Shown here piece after piece: positions 60,414-60,534 of a DNA stretch of 60,534 nucleotides. Location of the stretch: positions 1-60,534 of the IMG/VR virus record IMGVR_UViG_3300048672_000522; one strand, written 5' to 3'. The first letter of the stretch is position 1. Each line of letters opens with the position of its first letter. A program made the translations under genes and the position numbers. The stretch is from a virus. Its lineage: Duplodnaviria; Caudoviricetes. Under the pieces are notes generated by a model. That model was not told the origin of the DNA, made no database searches, and saw only the letters and a program-made list of their open reading frames with translations.

Positions 60414-60534
60414 TTATTCTTTGATGAGGTTTTTGCCGATAAGTGCGGCATAACGTTGGATATTTAGGTCTTCAGTTGATTCATTGTTCGGTTCATATTT
60501 CTTGATGATCTTGTGGCCACCGGCTCTAGAACCA
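60414..60534 (-). CDS. 3' end of a gene truncated by the window edge
   Basis: Open frame ...GHKIIKKYEPNNESTEDLNIQRYAALIGKNLIKE-TAA. Confidence 0.5.
   Translation of the reverse strand, partial: GSRAGGHKIIKKYEPNNESTEDLNIQRYAALIGKNLIKE

Noticed and set aside
710-60453. Many opposite-strand or alternate-frame ORFs in the track (e.g. 4118-4831, 12843-13295, 24437-24922, 59847-60335)
   Set aside because: Shadows of recognisable genes, with no motifs of their own
1-60534. TAG=Gln (translation table 15)
   Set aside because: More than a dozen conserved-motif positions and a paralog alignment indicate Ser; only one site (26812) favours Gln
1-60534. Mass pseudogenisation or a decayed prophage
   Set aside because: Interruptions are TAG only, with no frameshifts or internal TAA/TGA in the frames traced, and gene overlaps are intact
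1-60534. Systematic TCG-to-TAG sequencing artefact
   Set aside because: In-frame TCG codons persist (gp21 GCA TCG, portal AAA TCG, fibre ATA TCG TAG) and no gene ends in TAG; cannot be fully excluded without reads
1-60534. Suppressor tRNA(CUA), other tRNAs or a CRISPR array
   Set aside because: No cloverleaf or repeat-spacer array recognised by eye and intergenic gaps are short; tRNAscan-SE/ARAGORN on the full genome is still needed

Overview
60.5-kb segment of a T4-like myophage genome. It carries head, portal, tail, neck, tail-fibre and baseplate modules, plus gp32, gp33, nrdAB, thioredoxin, primase and spanins. Main result: the genome does not use the standard code. Dozens of genes contain in-frame TAG codons, every gene end I traced is TAA or TGA, and at conserved positions TAG aligns with serine rather than the glutamine of code 15 (e.g. 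gp4 R**WE=RSSWE, gp26 IP*T=PST, gp5 WIHV*F and GG*KTSDH, VE*DWK, NrdB LKLF*LYE, and an in-genome paralog pair). The supplied ORF track is therefore fragmented, and genes below were re-joined by hand with TAG read as Ser. Second result: the large terminase is a fractured gene, with an atypically split intein (50-aa IntN, 91-aa IntC) whose halves are separated by an overlapping free-standing HNH endonuclease. Other items: a ~105-bp promoter-containing element present twice 41 kb apart, a shared structured leader before two GIY-YIG endonucleases, a candidate -1 frameshift joining gp26 to gp51, a gp5 with two lytic domains, and a relocated gp16. No tRNA or release-factor gene was seen in this window. 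Family assignments rest on motif recall, not database searches.
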